Assembly: GCA_003151615.1 (NCBI GenBank)
Contig: PLXZ01000001.1
Span: 352,124 to 416,123, forward strand
Length of the DNA: 64,000 nucleotides
DNA from: Candidatus Tayloriibacteriota bacterium
GTDB lineage: Bacteria > Patescibacteriota > Minisyncoccia > Phycocordibacterales > PALSA-1337
Direction: 5' to 3'
In this document: piece after piece, positions 1-9,673 of the stretch
Layout of the letters: each line of letters begins with the position of its first letter
How positions within the stretch are numbered: position 1 is the first letter of the stretch
Position numbers and translations under genes: made by a program
Notes under the pieces: generated by a model
What the model saw: only the letters and a program-made list of their open reading frames with translations
What the model was told of the DNA's origin: nothing
Databases searched by the model: none

Positions 1-698
1 ATGACGATGATGCAGACGAGGGTTATGCTATCGTTTGGCAGTTTTTCCCACAGGGTGCTAATGATCCGGGACAATTGGTCGGCAATGACCAGTTTTTTGA
101 AGAAGCCCCACATGATTCTCTCGAGACCCCTTCTGGCCTTTATCCAATTGAAGCTGTGGCCGAGCGAAAGTTGGGGAAGGAGATGCTGAGGACGTTCGAT
201 AGGTCCCGCGACAAGTTGGGGAAAGAACATGACGTAGAGGGCGTAGGTCAGATAATTTCGTTCAGGCTTGTATTTTTTCCGATACACCTCGACGATGTAG
301 CCGAGGCTCTGGAATACATGAAAAGAAAGTCCCAATGGCAGGACGATTTGAAGAAGAAACGGCGAATAATTAAAATCGAGGGCGTGCGCCAGAGCCGTGA
401 CGTTTTCGTTGAAGAAATTGAAATATTTGAAGAAGAAGAGCGTGCCGACGTTTGTGATGACGCTTATTACCACAAACCATTTTCTCTTTCTGCCATCGTT
501 GCGCTCGATGGCGAATGCCAGGAAATAGTCGACGGTAATGAGGAAAAAAAGAATCAGAATATACTTCGGAACGAACGACATGTAGAAATAACAGCTGGCG
601 ACGAGCAGAAATATGCGGCGGTAACCCGCGGGGATGATCCAATAGCAGATGAAGACGACGGGGAGAAATATTAAATATGAAAGTGAATCGAAAAGCAT
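1..698 (-). CDS. MBOAT family O-acyltransferase (AlgI/DltB-like), partial, runs off the window start
   Basis: Not in the ORF track because its stop lies outside the window. Minus-strand translation from ATG at 698: MLFDSLSYLIFLPVVFI...TLFFFKYFNFF...LPLGLSFHVFQSLGYIVEVYR...FFPQLVAGPIER...WGFFKKLVIAD, which are typical AlgI-type MBOAT motifs. Confidence 0.92.
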   Translation of the reverse strand, partial: MLFDSLSYLIFLPVVFICYWIIPAGYRRIFLLVASCYFYMSFVPKYILILFFLITVDYFLAFAIERNDGRKRKWFVVISVITNVGTLFFFKYFNFFNENVTALAHALDFNYSPFLLQIVLPLGLSFHVFQSLGYIVEVYRKKYKPERNYLTYALYVMFFPQLVAGPIERPQHLLPQLSLGHSFNWIKARRGLERIMWGFFKKLVIADQLSRIISTLWEKLPNDSITLVCIIV

Positions 699-708
699 GC
701 AGTTGGTA

Positions 709-1476
709 TTATGGATTTATGGGAGTGTATTCCTCCGCGACTACATGAGTGAGGATCTGTTCGTCCTGCGCCGCATCACTGCAAAGATATGAAATTTTCT
801 CCGCAATATCAAGGTCGGAGGTCGTTTTTTTCGATGGATTTTTCAATCGGGCCATTTCCTTGAATGCCGCCGGAATGTCGCTGTTCATGCCTCCGGACAT
901 AAAGCCGGGCGCCACGGAATAGACCCTGACATTTGCCGATTTTAATTCCTCCTTCAACATTGTCAAGACTCCCTGCAATGCCCATTTTGCCGGAATATAT
1001 GCGCCAAGTCCGCGGCCAAATTGAGGCGAGATAACACCGACTGTCGTGATTCCGACGAGCACACCCGTTTTTTGTTTTTGCAAAAGTTTTCCGCACTGTG
1101 AAAGCACATTGAAACTGCCCATGAGATTCGTTTCCAGTTGACGTTCCATTTCATCGGCCGAAGTGTCGAGCAATGATTTTCTGTCGGGCTTCAAACCGGC
1201 GGCGTGCACGCATGCATAGGGAAGTCCCATCTCTTTTTCAATCAAGCCAAGGGTGGCGGCAACTTCCGAAGCATTTTTCATATCGCAACGATATGCGCGA
1301 TGACCTTCTCCCGCGAGTGTTTTGATAAAATGAGCGGCGTCTTTTTCCGTCGAATGATGAAACAATGTGACTATTGTCATGCCGTCCTGCGCCAGCCGCG
1401 TCGCGACGGCTTTGCCTGCATACCCCAGTGCTCCGGAAACAACGGCTATGCGATTTTTTCCGTTTACTTTTTGCAT
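709..1476 (-). CDS. SDR family oxidoreductase (FabG-like)
   Basis: N-terminal SGALGYAG Rossmann motif, HAAG, catalytic YIPAK (YxxxK), VAPG. Confidence 0.88.
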   Translation of the reverse strand: MQKVNGKNRIAVVSGALGYAGKAVATRLAQDGMTIVTLFHHSTEKDAAHFIKTLAGEGHRAYRCDMKNASEVAATLGLIEKEMGLPYACVHAAGLKPDRKSLLDTSADEMERQLETNLMGSFNVLSQCGKLLQKQKTGVLVGITTVGVISPQFGRGLGAYIPAKWALQGVLTMLKEELKSANVRVYSVAPGFMSGGMNSDIPAAFKEMARLKNPSKKTTSDLDIAEKISYLCSDAAQDEQILTHVVAEEYTPINP

Positions 1477-1486
1477 GCCATTATTT

Positions 1487-1711
1487 TTATTTTTTCTGGC
1501 GGTCGACTATTTTCCGTATGTCTCCGATTGATTTGGCGTTCGTCACTTCGTCCATGGTAAAGGACACGCCGTATTCCTTTTCAAGTTCGGCTATGAACAT
1601 GAGGTAGTTCATTGAATCCCAGTCGGGAATATCCTGCGGAGTCAGGTCGTCGCGGATGACAGCAGGATCAATTTTCAGTATTTTTGACGCAATCGCATTA
1701 AATTTTTCCAT
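1487..1711 (-). CDS. acyl carrier protein
   Basis: 74 aa acidic protein with WDSM phosphopantetheine-attachment Ser motif and ELEKEYGV helix. Confidence 0.9.
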   Translation of the reverse strand: MEKFNAIASKILKIDPAVIRDDLTPQDIPDWDSMNYLMFIAELEKEYGVSFTMDEVTNAKSIGDIRKIVDRQKK

Positions 1712-2792
1712 GTTTTGTTTGTACCCAGCGCGGAGCCGAGATTTTATTTGTGACTTTTACCGTTCCGTTTTTAAAATTGGCCTCGATGAAGGTCTTGGCC
1801 GGGGCATTTTTCTCGCTTTCCTTGAAGGAAATTGAAATGTCAGAAGCCCCCTCATTGTATGCTTTCTTCATGATTTCCGCAAAAAAGGCGTCTTCCACGC
1901 CCCGCCCGAAGACGCGGCAACTCATAAGGAGCGATTTGATGTGCCAGTTTTTTCCATCAGCATTTTTGGCGCCGTCCTTTTTACCGTTCTTGTTTTTTTC
2001 AATCACCGCGGAAATAATCAAGCCGCTGTCGCCGAATTTGTCGGACAATTTTCCGTGCAAAACTGTGTGCGAAGGGTCGCGCATGAATTGCTTCATTTGT
2101 TCCTCCGTGAATGGCTGTTTGAGATTGTTGAATTGATTTGTCTTTTCGGAGAGTTGTGACAGGCGGGGAATGGAGCTCTCATCGTTTTCATGGATGAGCA
2201 GTTCAAGGTCCAGGGATTGGAGAAAATCTTCTTTGTTTGTGTGTGACTTTTCCTCTTCTTTTCGTAGGCGTTCTGTTACGTACAGATTTCCGCGCATTTT
2301 ATCCTCGTCAGTAATTACTTTTGAATCGAAGTAGGTGAGGGAATTAAGGAATCGCGCGTATTGGCGCGGATCGGCCGGCAGTTCAGGCACTTCAACTTCA
2401 GGGACAAGAGCCTTTACCATTTCGCGATTCGTGGAATCGTCATCAAGGAAAACCATGGAATCAAGTCCGATGTTCAGTTCCTTCGCCAGTTCGCGGATGT
2501 TGGCCGCCTTGTCGTTCCAGTTGATGCGATGCGCGGCAAAATGGTTCTCTTTCAGTATCATATTCGGGTGAGTTTTGATGACCTGCCATGCGTCGGCGGG
2601 ATTGTTGCGGCTGTTGATCGCCAAAATGATGCCGCGGTCATACAGGTCAAGTATCGCCTGCTGGAACGCCAAAAAACTGTTTCCGGGTGCGGTGACCGAA
2701 AGCTGGATATTTTCCATGCCGTCTTCGCCGATGATTCCTCCCCAGAGGGTGTTGTCCAGATCAAGAACCAGGCATTTTTTCATAGTTGCCAT
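1698..2792 (-). CDS. fkbH: FkbH-like HAD-IIIC phosphatase / glyceryl-ACP synthase
   Basis: LDLDNTLWGG, SRNN, INWNDK, FLDD, KTNQFN, DKFGDSG, LMSCRVFGRGVE motifs. Confidence 0.92.
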   Translation of the reverse strand: MATMKKCLVLDLDNTLWGGIIGEDGMENIQLSVTAPGNSFLAFQQAILDLYDRGIILAINSRNNPADAWQVIKTHPNMILKENHFAAHRINWNDKAANIRELAKELNIGLDSMVFLDDDSTNREMVKALVPEVEVPELPADPRQYARFLNSLTYFDSKVITDEDKMRGNLYVTERLRKEEEKSHTNKEDFLQSLDLELLIHENDESSIPRLSQLSEKTNQFNNLKQPFTEEQMKQFMRDPSHTVLHGKLSDKFGDSGLIISAVIEKNKNGKKDGAKNADGKNWHIKSLLMSCRVFGRGVEDAFFAEIMKKAYNEGASDISISFKESEKNAPAKTFIEANFKNGTVKVTNKISAPRWVQTKHGKI

Positions 2793-2812
2793 ATTTTAAG
2801 GCAAAAATCAGG

Positions 2813-3169
2813 TTAAGGCAATTGCAGGGCGATCGCGCCGGCGATATTTTTGGTGTGTGAAATTGAAAGGGATACGTTGACGCGTTTTCCGTTTTTGTAT
2901 GCGACGGGCATGCCGCTTTTTTCATGACGGATTTCGATTTCGACGAAGGGATATTTGGCGGTGCCGAGCGCTTTGCTCGCCGCTTCTTTTGCCGCGAATA
3001 TACCGGCCAAATGCGTTTCAGGATTTTTATATGCGAAGCAATAGTCAATTTCGTGGGCGGAAAAGACTTTTTTCAAGAAGGCCGATTCTTTTGCGCGGGC
3101 ATGTTTTTTGAAACGGCTTATTTCCACGAGGTCAAAGCCGATGTTTCTTTTTTGCGTCATGATTTTCAT
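2813..3169 (-). CDS. acpS: holo-ACP synthase (4'-phosphopantetheinyl transferase)
   Basis: IGFDLVEISRF, LAGIFAAKEAASKALG, SLSISH. Confidence 0.93.
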   Translation of the reverse strand: MKIMTQKRNIGFDLVEISRFKKHARAKESAFLKKVFSAHEIDYCFAYKNPETHLAGIFAAKEAASKALGTAKYPFVEIEIRHEKSGMPVAYKNGKRVNVSLSISHTKNIAGAIALQLP

Positions 3170-3183
3170 ATACTATCAGAAAT

Positions 3184-3963
3184 CTATTTTACGAACCAAA
3201 AACAGCCGCAGGCGTAGTGTTCGGCGTCGGCCATTTTTGGGTCGGCGTTGGCGATGAGACCGCCCGAACTTTCTTTAATAAGTGAAAATTCCTTCAACTT
3301 TAATGCATTCGGACCTTTCGTGAACATATCCATAATCTGGGCGTAGGAATAAATGCGGTGTGCATTGAATTCGATGATTGGCTTGCCGACGGGGGTGACG
3401 AAAAGAAGCGAACCGCCGCGGGCGACGACGCGTTTTAGTTCTTCAATTGCCTTTATGTCGCCATTCGGGTCAATCGGATCGCCGTAGCGTCCGAGGCCGA
3501 TATGTTCAACGGTATGCATGCATGAAATGGATTCAACGCTGTCGGCGGCGAAGGGAAGTTTCATTAAATCGCCTTTATGACTGGTGAGGCCGTCGAGCCC
3601 TGACAATTCTGCCGGGCGATAATCATAGAATTCAGTCGGAATGAATGCCGACATATGCGTGCAGAAATAGAGGCTCGAACTTATGTCGATATGTTTTTTC
3701 GGATTGATGTCGCGGACTTTTCGGATGGCCCATGCCGTATGATAGACATAGTGTCGATCGAAACTTGTCGTAATAGTTTTATCTTTTATTTGAGGATGCG
3801 CATCGCGGAGCGATAATTTGAAACGTTTTTCACCCGGAGCCTTTTTAAATCGTATATAGTCGCCGATAATAAACGGAGTCAGAATAATTCGCATCGATTT
3901 TTTTATGAAAGGTTTAAGTCGATTCATTTGCGTATTATTTAAGGGGAGTGTACTCGCGGACAT
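3184..3963 (-). CDS. DUF268-like SAM-dependent methyltransferase
   Basis: FDRHYVYHTAWA, HIDISS, SCMHTVEHIGLGRYGDPIDP, FNAHRIY. Confidence 0.82.
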   Translation of the reverse strand: MSASTLPLNNTQMNRLKPFIKKSMRIILTPFIIGDYIRFKKAPGEKRFKLSLRDAHPQIKDKTITTSFDRHYVYHTAWAIRKVRDINPKKHIDISSSLYFCTHMSAFIPTEFYDYRPAELSGLDGLTSHKGDLMKLPFAADSVESISCMHTVEHIGLGRYGDPIDPNGDIKAIEELKRVVARGGSLLFVTPVGKPIIEFNAHRIYSYAQIMDMFTKGPNALKLKEFSLIKESSGGLIANADPKMADAEHYACGCFWFVK

Positions 3964-4654
3964 TTATGTCGAGTACTCTCGCCGCCGTATCCTGATAAAT
4001 GGTATTCACAACGGTATTCGCAACAGGTTTGTATCCAATCGATTCCATGTACGGGTTGAAAATATCATCATAACGTTGGCCAAGTTCAGATCGTTTGTAT
4101 TCAAGTGTTTCGATCACGATAAAATGTGGTCGGTATTTGTTCCAATCATTGCTTTTCAAAACTTCCATATCGTAACCTTCGGTATCGAGCGTCATCACGT
4201 CAACGTTTTTTCCTGAAGGAATATTGTTTTTGAAAATAGTTGAGAGCGGCTTGACCGGAACATCAATCGTATCAATCAATTTGTGGCCCATGTTTTTGTT
4301 TTTCTCGGCAAAAGCATAATCGAATGTATTGAGAGTGTCCTCATCGAATCGGTAATATTTCATGGATGTTTCTTTTGGGCCCACACCAATTGCAAGATTT
4401 ATGTCTCGCGCGCGTTTCTTTTTGAAAGCACCGATTTTTTTAAGATTTGGTTCTATGTTGATGCCGTGCCAGCCGGATTTATATAGAAGATACGTATTAT
4501 TAAATTTTTTTGGATGATTCGCACCGATATCGATATACATGCCGTCCTTTTTTCCTTCAAGAAGCAGGGATAAGATCAAATCTTCTCCGAGTTGGCTGTG
4601 GATGATTTGTATTCCGAAGAGGCGGAAGATAACCTTGCTGAAGAGTGATGTCAT
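3935..4654 (-). CDS. FkbM family methyltransferase
   Basis: SQLGED, YIDIGANHP, GWHGINIEP, LDTEGYD. Confidence 0.88.
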   Translation of the reverse strand: MTSLFSKVIFRLFGIQIIHSQLGEDLILSLLLEGKKDGMYIDIGANHPKKFNNTYLLYKSGWHGINIEPNLKKIGAFKKKRARDINLAIGVGPKETSMKYYRFDEDTLNTFDYAFAEKNKNMGHKLIDTIDVPVKPLSTIFKNNIPSGKNVDVMTLDTEGYDMEVLKSNDWNKYRPHFIVIETLEYKRSELGQRYDDIFNPYMESIGYKPVANTVVNTIYQDTAARVLDINVREYTPLK

Positions 4655-4666
4655 GCGAGTATAGTA

Positions 4667-5614
4667 CTATTTCCGGCCGATTATCTCAAGAAATCTTTGT
4701 GCGCTCCGTATATCGGTTAGATTTTTCATACAGTATATTCGAGGGGTGAATTTCGGAAGTTGTTGCAGAAATTTTTTGAAGTCGGGTTTGAAATCGACAG
4801 CGGTTGTGAACGTCATTCCCGATTCCGGGCTGAGGTACGGTGAACTTATCAATGAATCCTTCCAAGAATATTTTTGATATTTCCAGACTCCCGGATTCCA
4901 GACGAGCGTCGGTACGTCGCGAATCCATGCTTCCTGAAGGGCAATGCCTTGGCTTTCGGAAGGGGAAAGGTAAATCATCCAGTCGGCCTTTTCAAGCGCA
5001 GAGAAATAATCAGATTGCCTGAAATTTCCGTATTCAAAAATGGTATGGTTTATTTTTTTTGCCTCAAGTTCGCGTGCGACCGTTTCTCTGATTTCAGGTG
5101 TAACTGATTTACAATAAATAATGCCATGGCCATTTTTTCGATTGCTTGCGGGGACATCTGAACGTACGCCGGCCGGCCAGACTTCAATTTTGTTTTTAAA
5201 ATAAGGGTCGATGCTGGAGAAAAAATCCTTCGTCCATTGGCCGGGAAATACAATCGTATCGATGAGAGGATTTTTGAGAATCGAATTATGGTCTTCGGGC
5301 ACGACGGATATTGCGGGTCCAGCGATGAGCCGAGCAATTTTACCTTTCCGTTTTAATTTTAAAGCCCATTGCAGGGTGCGTGCCCCGCTCACCACGTGGA
5401 CGATGAAATCTTTTTCGATTTGGTGTGGCATTGAGTGCGGAACGAAGAAAGGATTGAGTCGGTGCGGAACGCCAAGCTCAATGAGTCCACGTGATAGGCT
5501 TTGCGCCACCATTTCGGGTCCGCGTCGTTTGCCGGTGATTTTTCCGGCATAATATTTGAGCCATTCGCTGTTGAACGGATGGAAGCCAATCGGTTTTGTA
5601 AGAATTATTATCAT
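4667..5614 (-). CDS. putative GT-B glycosyltransferase
   Basis: C-terminal SESQGIALQEAW resembles the GT4 ExFGxxxxEA motif; lies in the glycan locus. Confidence 0.65.
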   Translation of the reverse strand: MIIILTKPIGFHPFNSEWLKYYAGKITGKRRGPEMVAQSLSRGLIELGVPHRLNPFFVPHSMPHQIEKDFIVHVVSGARTLQWALKLKRKGKIARLIAGPAISVVPEDHNSILKNPLIDTIVFPGQWTKDFFSSIDPYFKNKIEVWPAGVRSDVPASNRKNGHGIIYCKSVTPEIRETVARELEAKKINHTIFEYGNFRQSDYFSALEKADWMIYLSPSESQGIALQEAWIRDVPTLVWNPGVWKYQKYSWKDSLISSPYLSPESGMTFTTAVDFKPDFKKFLQQLPKFTPRIYCMKNLTDIRSAQRFLEIIGRK

Positions 5615-7350
5615 GAAAATTTTATTAGTTTTCTCCGTATCTTTTTTATTTTAAGATGCACCCAAATAGCCCAGACGCGTACATTTTGTGTGTAATGCAT
5701 TGAAGTAAACCGCCTTCTCCATGGATGAGGAAATGGATTTCTAAAGACATCCCGATAAATATCAATAAAATTATCCATCTGTTTATGAAGCTCATATTTT
5801 TCCGCAAACCTTCGCTTTGCTTTTTTGCGCATGTCTGCGTGGTATGCCGGATCATCAAAATGATGCTTAAGTTCAGTCGCGTAGGCGTCAACAGTATCAA
5901 CAACTTTTCCTGCATATCCGATGCATTCGGCATGGCCGTTGTTGACAGGGGAGATATGGCTTACGATCGGTGTTCCGAAATATAATGCCTCGGCCATAGC
6001 CTGCGAGTTGACTTCTCCGTCGCGTCTGCCATGTGCGTATACGTCCAATGTATTGAGGAATTTAAAAATTTTCTCCGAGTCACCGGTGGCCGGTAAGAAA
6101 AAAATATGCTTAATGCCGAGCTTCGTGGCCTGTTTCCGATATAATTCTGAACCCCCGAGCATAATATAAGCTGTTTTGTCATTTTCAATTCTGGCATATG
6201 CGGCGAGCGGAATTTCCGAATATGTATTATTGTCAGGTCGCTGGTGCATGCCAAAAATAAAGGTTTTCTCCAGACCCAGTTCTTTGCGGAAATTGCCGTA
6301 GTCTTTCGCCTCGATGCTTATAGGCAAAGATACAAGTACAATCCTGCTTTTATCACCCCCTCTTTTTATCCAGCCATCGGCGCTCCATTGGCAAATATGC
6401 ATAACACGGGAAATATTGAACTGATTATCAGAGCCGGATGCCAAGTGAAGCGAATCGACAATTGATGTTTTTCTGATCTTGGTAAAAGGGTATTCCTTGT
6501 GTCCTGCTTTACCTGTCTGGATAATATCATATTTTGTTTCATCAAATGTTTCCCAGAAATTAGTGTCAATCCATCGGTGTGTCGGCACAGTTATATCCTT
6601 GGCACCGACGTGGAATTCAATCAGATTGACTCCATGATCTTTCATAAATTGCACACGAAACGGATCGGTATCCATATGCCGATAATCAGAACCGACATAA
6701 GGCGCAGTTCCGCAATAATAGTAGTCGACTTCAAACTCGTTTTTTGGCAGATTGGCTGCGATAATCTGGAGAAATTTTTCCGTTCCACCCGCAGAGAGTC
6801 CACCGAATTTTATGAAGGCAATACGGATTTTTTTATTTTTCGTATTTTTTAACGAAGGTATTATGAAGTTAAGAGTCTCCAGTGGTTTATTCGCAGTTAT
6901 ATGGATTTGCGTGCCGATGCCGAAGTTTTTTGCCATTTGAAGGTCTTCTATGCTATCGCTGATAAATAATGACTGAGCAAGATCAATTGGATATTTTTTT
7001 AGGCATGTTTTAAGCATACCAGGTTTTGGTTTACGACAGTCGCATATATTTTTTTCATGTGGGCAATAAATGACATCAAGTAATTTAATATCATGTACTT
7101 CAAATTGTTTTTCCATATGACTATGGATTTTAAGTAAATCTTTTTCAGACATAAGGCCGCGGGCGATACCTCGCTGATTGGTAACAATGATAAATTCAAA
7201 ATTTTGCACTGCAAGATTTTTGAGTACCTCAATAATGCCAGGATTTAGGACGAAATCCTCGGTCTTGGTGATATAACAATGCGGTGCCGGAAGACGGTTG
7301 ATTACGCCGTCGCGATCAAGAAAGGCTATTTTTTTGCGGTTTTTTTCCAT
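5611..7350 (-). CDS. gmhB: GmhB-like heptose bisphosphate phosphatase fused to a GT4-like glycosyltransferase
   Basis: N-terminal FLDRDGVIN, TNQRG, CPH...CDCRKPKPGM; C-terminal AGGTEK and GEVNSQAMAEAL GT-B motifs; one continuous 579 aa ORF. Confidence 0.85.
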   Translation of the reverse strand: MEKNRKKIAFLDRDGVINRLPAPHCYITKTEDFVLNPGIIEVLKNLAVQNFEFIIVTNQRGIARGLMSEKDLLKIHSHMEKQFEVHDIKLLDVIYCPHEKNICDCRKPKPGMLKTCLKKYPIDLAQSLFISDSIEDLQMAKNFGIGTQIHITANKPLETLNFIIPSLKNTKNKKIRIAFIKFGGLSAGGTEKFLQIIAANLPKNEFEVDYYYCGTAPYVGSDYRHMDTDPFRVQFMKDHGVNLIEFHVGAKDITVPTHRWIDTNFWETFDETKYDIIQTGKAGHKEYPFTKIRKTSIVDSLHLASGSDNQFNISRVMHICQWSADGWIKRGGDKSRIVLVSLPISIEAKDYGNFRKELGLEKTFIFGMHQRPDNNTYSEIPLAAYARIENDKTAYIMLGGSELYRKQATKLGIKHIFFLPATGDSEKIFKFLNTLDVYAHGRRDGEVNSQAMAEALYFGTPIVSHISPVNNGHAECIGYAGKVVDTVDAYATELKHHFDDPAYHADMRKKAKRRFAEKYELHKQMDNFIDIYRDVFRNPFPHPWRRRFTSMHYTQNVRVWAIWVHLKIKKIRRKLIKFS

Positions 7351-7945
7351 CTTGTCGAATAATTAAGTCGTTAAAATAATCCTGAAAATATGAAGTGAGA
7401 AGATGGAGAATTGCATGATGGATGCTTTCAACCATTGCGTATGCTCCTTTTCCCGTCTTTACGACCACCTTGGCGTCCGCAAGCTGATTGAGTTTGCCGC
7501 CGTCAAAGCCCGATAATCCGATAACAGGCACATGATTTTTGTTTGCCAGTTCAACCGCCTTGATGACATTGCTAGAATTTCCGGAGCTGCTGATGGCAAT
7601 TAGACAATCTGTTTCCTGTAGATAATTTTGAAGTGGTCCGGCGAATATCATATCGAAGCCGATGTCATTAGCCCATGCTGTAATCTCAGTTTCTGTTGAA
7701 GGTAGTCGTACCGCTTGAAATCTTCGCATCTTTCGGTCAAGATTGTTACCGAATACTGTTTTATTAAAATCTCCTACCCAATGTGTTGCGATTGCTAGAG
7801 AACCTCCATTTCCGAATACATAAATTCGGCCATCCCGTTCGTAGACGGACTTGATAATATTGATGGCACGGGAGATTTCCTCCTTTGGCAGAGCGGCCAG
7901 ATGATGTGACAGTTCTTCTGTAAAATTTTCGATATAGTTAAGCAT
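7316..7945 (-). CDS. gmhA: phosphoheptose isomerase (SIS domain)
   Basis: GNGGS, TAWAND, ISSSGNSSNV, GFDGGKL, ESIH. Confidence 0.88.
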   Translation of the reverse strand: MLNYIENFTEELSHHLAALPKEEISRAINIIKSVYERDGRIYVFGNGGSLAIATHWVGDFNKTVFGNNLDRKMRRFQAVRLPSTETEITAWANDIGFDMIFAGPLQNYLQETDCLIAISSSGNSSNVIKAVELANKNHVPVIGLSGFDGGKLNQLADAKVVVKTGKGAYAMVESIHHAILHLLTSYFQDYFNDLIIRQDGKKPQKNSLS

Positions 7946-8957
7946 GATCGTTGTTGGCGGTATTGAAAAGCACGTCTGCCCCTGAATTGGTAAGCATGAA
8001 GTTAATCAGTCGGGAATCTTTAAGACCGAAAGATTCGGCGACAGAAGAAAGTTCCTGCCTGATCGCGGCATGTTTTTTCGGGGGGGCTAGGAAGAGTAGA
8101 CATCCTCCGCCCCCTGCGCCGAGAACCTTGCCGCCCCAGGCACCTTTTCGTAGGGCACTTTCATACAGAGCATCTATTTCACCACCGCTCATTTTCGAGG
8201 AAAGCTTTTTCTTCCATGTCCATGCATGGTGAAGCATTTCTCCAAGGGCTTTGAAATCTCCGGCGATAAGTTTATCCCTGAATTCATAAACGGAATCTGA
8301 CATTTTTTTGTATATTTCAAAATTTTCTTTAATTTTTGATTTTTGTTCCGAAAGAACGCTGCTCGCCGATCGCGTTATTCCCGTATAAAAAAAGAGCATA
8401 TGTTCTTCGAAGTCTGCCTGTGTCTTGAAATCAACAAAAACCGGTTCTACCGTTACCGTATCGTCTTTATTGAATTGAAAGATATTGAGACCACCGTACG
8501 CAACGGCATATTGATCCTGTTTTCCGATAGGTTCCTTAAGGATATCTATTTCTAGTTTACACGCCTCCCGGGCGACTTGCTCTTTGCTGATTTTTTTCCC
8601 TTTATTTGCATACAGTGCTTTTATTAAAGCAACTGAAAAGCTTGAGGATGATCCGAGCCCGGTTTTCGAGGGTAAATCAGCAAATGATGCGATTTCCATA
8701 CCGCCGCTTCTGATCCCGACCTCTTTGAGGGCTTCACGAAATCTGTTGTGTTGGATATCGTCAATATTTTTTACGATCTCGGTTTGAGAATATTTAAGCA
8801 TGAATTCATTAAGAAATTCAGCATGATTGATTACGACGTAGACATATTTATCTATCGTAGTTGAAATAACACGACCAGGGTATTCGCTATAAAAATCCTT
8901 TATGTCCGTTCCTCCTCCAACAAAACTGATCCTCAATGGAGCCCTAGAGATAAGCAT
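7938..8957 (-). CDS. hddA: D-glycero-D-manno-heptose 7-phosphate kinase (GHMP family)
   Basis: RAPLRISFVGGGTD, GLGSSS, GKQDQY, GGKVLGAGGGG. Confidence 0.88.
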   Translation of the reverse strand: MLISRAPLRISFVGGGTDIKDFYSEYPGRVISTTIDKYVYVVINHAEFLNEFMLKYSQTEIVKNIDDIQHNRFREALKEVGIRSGGMEIASFADLPSKTGLGSSSSFSVALIKALYANKGKKISKEQVAREACKLEIDILKEPIGKQDQYAVAYGGLNIFQFNKDDTVTVEPVFVDFKTQADFEEHMLFFYTGITRSASSVLSEQKSKIKENFEIYKKMSDSVYEFRDKLIAGDFKALGEMLHHAWTWKKKLSSKMSGGEIDALYESALRKGAWGGKVLGAGGGGCLLFLAPPKKHAAIRQELSSVAESFGLKDSRLINFMLTNSGADVLFNTANNDHA

Positions 8958-8966
8958 ATAAGGTGA

Positions 8967-8995
8967 ATTATATGCTTGAGAAATGGCAATGTCAA
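8967..8995 (-). promoter_or_regulatory. consensus sigma70 promoter internal to the glycan locus, upstream of hddA
   Basis: Minus strand TTGACA-17 nt-TATAAT, 9 nt before the hddA ATG. Confidence 0.8.
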
Positions 8996-8999
8996 TTAA

Positions 9000-9665
9000 T
9001 TAGCGGCGCTTGAATACGAGAACGTTTGGTTCGAACCAAATGGTCACAAATTTTCCGGAAATTTCTGCCTGATGGATTTCAGATTTCAATGCTTTGGTCC
9101 GAGCCTCGTCGAGGGTAAAATTAACCCGTGCAAATTGTTTTTTCCACCATTCAGGCTTTTGTTCATTAACGTGAGCGGTGCCACCTTGTCCTGGCTGAGC
9201 GGCTGTAAGAACGACAGTGTCCGAAGCGTCAGTCAATATCTTTATATAGTTATTGGTATACAAACGGTCGACATGTTCAGCTACTTCGATCGAGATAGCT
9301 ACATTCCACTTTCGATTGAATGCGTATGGCTTGCGAAGATCGTGCATAACGACAAATTTTTTATCGACTGCTAGGGATTCGAATGCGTGCGGACTACCCT
9401 CCAAACCGAATACATCGGTGATACCATTTTCAAGACAATATTTTAGATAATGTCCCGTTCCGCATCCTATGTCCGCCAAACTGTGAAATCCTACAACTTT
9501 CTGCAGAGCTGGAATAAACCATCCGGCCATCTTCAAGCCTTCCAATTTGTTTTCTTTAAAAAATTCATTGTCGTAAATTTTGAGATTATAGTTATATCCA
9601 AAATGGGTAGACAGGTTGTAAAGTTTCTTTCTGACGTTATAAAAGTGTTGTTTAAGCGAAGTCAT
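9000..9665 (-). CDS. class I SAM-dependent methyltransferase
   Basis: DIGCGTG, SIEVAEH, AAQPGQGGTAHVNEQ. Confidence 0.85.
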   Translation of the reverse strand: MTSLKQHFYNVRKKLYNLSTHFGYNYNLKIYDNEFFKENKLEGLKMAGWFIPALQKVVGFHSLADIGCGTGHYLKYCLENGITDVFGLEGSPHAFESLAVDKKFVVMHDLRKPYAFNRKWNVAISIEVAEHVDRLYTNNYIKILTDASDTVVLTAAQPGQGGTAHVNEQKPEWWKKQFARVNFTLDEARTKALKSEIHQAEISGKFVTIWFEPNVLVFKRR

Positions 9666-9673
9666 AAAATATT

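Noticed and set aside
75-674. 199-aa + strand ORF from the track
   Set aside because: Shadow of the minus-strand MBOAT gene, which has clear family motifs
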